Assembly: GCF_006345805.1 (NCBI RefSeq)
Contig: NW_021827410.1
Location: forward strand, 1 to 10,449
Direction of reading: 5' to 3'
DNA length: 10,449 nucleotides
Origin: Octopus sinensis
Taxonomy: Eukaryota
Within the stretch, counting starts at the first letter, position 1. Each line of letters starts with the position of its first letter. Below are positions 7,739-10,449 of this stretch, piece by piece. The notes beneath the pieces are model-generated. The model worked only from the letters and a program-made list of their open reading frames with translations. It searched no databases and was not told the origin of the DNA. The position numbers and the translations under genes are program-made.

Positions 7739-8002
7739 ACACACCGCGGCCGAAGGCCGCATAGGGGAATAGTTGGATTCCAAAAAAAATCCGGCCGTAG
7801 GCCAATTGGTTTAGGTTGGACTTTAAAAACTACACACCGCGGCCGAAGGCCGCATAGGGGAATTTGGATTCCAAAAAATCCGGCCGTAGGCCAATGGTTT
7901 AGGTTGGACTTTAAAAACTACACACCGCGGCCGAAGGCCGCATAGGGGAATAGTTGGATTCCAAAAAATCCGGCCGTAGGCCAATTGGTTTAGGTTGGAC
8001 TT
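7739..8002 (+). repeat. Three tandem ~88-93-bp GC-rich repeats with hairpins, inside element B
   Basis: Units start at 7739, 7832 and 7920. Each contains GCGGCC-GAA-GGCCGC, GGATT-CCAAA(A)n-AATCC, CCGGCCGTAGGCC and GGTTTAGGTTGGACTT. Confidence 0.95.
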
Positions 8003-8381
8003 ACTACCTGAAAGCCTAAGGCTGGATAAGAAGTAATACGTGTGCAGCAATTAAGGTTTGGTTAGGGTTCCCTTTAGAAATTTGTACTGGTCATCTCTAA
8101 AATTGCTGTTAGGATACCAACGTCTATTTTATTTAATAAATTTTACAAATAAATTCGATTTTATAACTATTAAAAAGTATTATTTTAAAATGGTAAACCT
8201 CGAAATATAATAAACATTATGATTTTTAATCAATAATCGTAGAAAAAACGGTGTGGTTGGTTTGTTAGCTCTCTTATTTTCTCAAAAGTCACCAAATTCA
8301 TCGAAAATAGGCTTAAAATGGGACTTGGAAAAAATTAAGGTATGTTTTATATGAGCAAATTGAAATAAATGAGATTTTGAA

Positions 8382-8423
8382 AGTGTCCAACGAACGGCGC
8401 CGTCCATCCTACGGCCGGTGACA
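8382..8423 (-). repeat. Right TIR of element B
   Basis: AGTGTCCAACGAACGGCGCCGTCCATCCTACGGCCGGTGACA followed by the TSD TCGTT. Confidence 0.92.
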
Positions 8424-8836
8424 TCGTTTTTAACGAACCATTCAAATATATCTCTGTCGAATGGGTGAGACTTGGGCAAGTAAATTTTCTTCTTTTTTTG
8501 GTCATTATGAAAAGTTATTATTCCCACAGAATTCTGTTTATGCAGCCCAGAAAAACGTTGAAATAAAGGGTAAATCACGCTGTGTAATGTCTATTTTTAT
8601 GATAAAATTCGATAATTTCCTTCTTTTGAAAAAATGACAAACGTTTTCGATTATCCACCATGCTAACAACTATAGAACTTGTAATTTATTCATTTTAAAG
8701 AATTTTAAATTTACAGATGTAAAAATATTAAATTCAATATTTTTATGTTCACAAAAATTTGAAGTTCACTATTTTTAATTCTTTAACAATTTTCATATTA
8801 TTAGAAGTAAATGATTGTTTCAACTATATTTTAGAA

Positions 8837-9453
8837 CTAGCTCGGCAGCTCGCTTCGCTCACCGCGACCTAGCTCCTGCGGAGGGCCTGTTTCATCAAAC
8901 AACTATAAGTTTATGTAGATGTATAAAACTACCTGGTTTAATGTAACCCTATTCTATCGCCTGTTGATAAACGATGTTTGTCGTCCGTCCTTCCTTGGCA
9001 TATATGAATAAATTTTCTCTTCTGCCTACCCTCGAGCATCCCACATACAGCTGTCCATGTGAAAAGCACTCACTCTCTAAAAATAACCCAACTACCTTTA
9101 ATGACTGTCCCTGGGCCTTGTTTATTGTCATTGCAAACTTTTTTTTCATTTTTTGTGGTCTATTTTTTTATATTTAATTTTTTCATTTTCCTTTGTAATT
9201 TCCTTTTTTTTCTTTTTTATTTTTTGTTTTTTACTGGCGGAAATGGGGCAGGGGGAGATGCGGCAGGCAAGAAAGCGACACAAAAAAGATTTAATTAATT
9301 ACCTTATTAAGCTGACCGTTTTTTCTTCAGCTTCGTTTTTCCTCCTTCGGTTATCTATTTAAAAAATTATTTTTGAATAATAAAAAAGTTTAGAAAAGAG
9401 GCATACCGAAAATAAATTCTATCTTTACGAAAAACTCAAGTAAATAGTTAATA
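8837..9453 (-). mobile_element. Non-autonomous Helitron, copy 2
   Basis: Inverted near-copy of 1179-1837. Minus-strand 3' CTAG at 8837-8840 followed by T. It may extend beyond 9453. Confidence 0.85.
8949..9149 (-). pseudogene. Helitron PIF1-like helicase C-terminal fragment (frame open)
   Basis: FAMTINKAQGQSLKVVGLFLESECFSHGQLYVGCSRVG, the helicase motif V-VI region. Confidence 0.9.
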
Positions 9454-9563
9454 TTTTTACGCAAATTCTTCTGATTGCGCGTCAATGTGGTAGGTGGTAA
9501 ATTGTGTTAATGGTTGGCTAATGTGGTTTTCAAACTATCAAAGTGTTTTTCAAAATCTGTTAA

Positions 9564-9565
<2 letters not shown>

Positions 9566-9594
<29 letters not shown>

Positions 9595-10112
9595 TACAAA
9601 CAAGACAAAAATTACAGATAGCTAAGTTAGTTAAAGGCCTCACGAGACACCCGACCAGCCGCGCGAATGGCGAAGACGTTCCCTCGGATCACAGCAATCG
9701 ACAGACGTTCCAGGAGCCAAGAAAAACTCTTGGATCGTGACTAGTCCTTGAAATCCGTCGACCGAGCGAGCGAAGGAAGCGGAGTGTCTTGGGACCGAAG
9801 ATCCCGGAGGACTCCAAGGCAATGGAGTAGTAAAGAGCAGCGAGTTGGACAGGTGGCCGTACTTGAGAATCTTTCGCTCCTCGGCCTGCCTGGAAGCGTG
9901 CCCAGGATTGGCGGCGGACAGCGCGAGATTTCCCAGCGAGAACGTTTCCGAGCAGGTAGAATCCCAAATAAGGGATTTCCCCTGCTCGTAGGGGAAGGTG
10001 GACATGCCGTCAGGCGTTTGCCATCCCCTCTATCCAATCCAACAGGTTCAAGGATAGACGGGATGCCTGCTGAGGCGAGGGCTCTCTGTACGACTGAGTT
10101 GAGTTCAAAGTG
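9566..10112 (-). mobile_element. 5'-truncated CRE-like (RLE-type) non-LTR retrotransposon, copy 2 (different family, frameshifted)
   Basis: LNSVVQRALASAGIPSILEPVGLDRGDGKR / DGMSTFPYEQGKSLIWDSTC / IALESSGIFG / WLLERLSIAVIRGN across three frameshifts; stop at 9627-9629. A 25-T run at 9564-9588 is the poly(A) tail. 21-bp TSD GTTTTTCAAAATCTGTTAATT at 9545-9565 and 10113-10133. Confidence 0.9.
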
Positions 10113-10449
10113 GTTTTTCAAAATCTGTTAATTGCACACTCTATTCAAAGTCGTGCAATCTGTGATTGCACATTCTGTCAAAGTCAATATGATAATAGCT
10201 TTAATTTGATTCATGGTCGATAATGATATAGCATTTAATTTTAAAGAGAAAAACATAGGATGAATTGAATTTCTTTATCGCGAATAATTGGGAGTTCATC
10301 ATTGTTAATATTCTCGCTGTCGTTTTCATCAAGGATATTCTTAATACGTGAGATTTTTGCCTTGAAGGTTTTAATGGACCTCATCATGAATGTCGAGGAC
10401 ATTCGCGTTGTTCATTTTAATCAAAATGCAGAAAATATTTTTTGATTTT

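Larger units (their letters stand above)
6157..8423 (+). mobile_element. Complete Ginger/TDD-like integrase DNA transposon, family B (2267 bp)
   Basis: TGT...ACA termini, TIRs at 6157-6199 and 8382-8423, 5-bp TSD TCGTT (6152-6156, 8424-8428), and a single spliced integrase gene. No LTR, gag or RT. Confidence 0.92.
4457..8661 (-). pseudogene. Decayed pogo/Tigger (CENP-B HTH + DDE_1) transposase, split in three pieces (8661-8429, 6156-5945, 5177-4457) by two insertions
   Basis: MVDNRKRLSFFQKKEIIEFYHKNRHYT...YFNVFLGCINRILWE (HTH); DRDIFEWFVKND|YLDL across element B; FFNLDEN; KNLFNKP|IKERVIF across the CRE insertion; GIGKAKNSRCFK; KSNKKAWIT; NTTSKLQPFVQGLIKSFK; C-terminal QKITDYM. Confidence 0.85.

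Noticed and set aside
7739-8002. CRISPR-like array of palindromic repeats
   Set aside because: Whole units are duplicated with no unique spacers, there are no cas genes, and the context is eukaryotic.
6157-8423. LTR retrotransposon, Polinton or bacterial IS3/IS481 as the source of the integrase
   Set aside because: The ends are inverted, not direct, repeats. There is no gag, RT or PolB, the size is 2.3 kb, the TSD is 5 bp, and spliceosomal introns are present.
8760-8836. Second TIR of the Tigger element
   Set aside because: Only short matches (GTTCACTAT, ACTATA) to 4324-4400 are present, which is not enough to call.
10134-10449. Short minus-strand frame (MMRSIKTFKAKISRIKNILDEND...) and the hairpin GTGCAATC-TGT-GATTGCAC at 10153-10171
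   Set aside because: The frame is under 50 codons with no recognisable motif. The 8-bp stem is isolated, with no supporting context, and the region is cut by the window edge.

Overview
AT-rich eukaryotic window made almost entirely of nested transposable elements; I found no host gene. Order along the window: (1) two inverted, differently deleted copies of a Ginger-like (TGT...ACA, integrase-type) DNA transposon, 'family A' (1-1178 and 1847-3035), flanking a non-autonomous Helitron with a PIF1 helicase tail (1179-1837); (2) a decayed LINE reverse-transcriptase remnant (~3430-4320); (3) a decayed minus-strand pogo/Tigger transposase (8661->4457), split by a CRE-like RLE retrotransposon fragment (5178-5931, 13-bp TSD) and by a complete second Ginger-like transposon, 'family B' (6157-8423, 42-43-bp TIRs, 5-bp TSD TCGTT); (4) a second Helitron copy (8837-9453, minus); (5) a second CRE-like 3' fragment with poly(A) and a 21-bp TSD (9566-10112, minus). 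The main signal missed by the ORF track is that both integrase genes are split by tiny GT-AG introns. There are eight, 23-29 nt long, four per family, at non-shared positions. Removing them restores the H2C2 region, a DD35E core and the C-terminal domain. Element B also carries three ~90-bp repeats that contain GNA-triloop hairpins and an 11-bp copy of its own TIR motif. All family assignments come from motif recognition by eye, not database searches.
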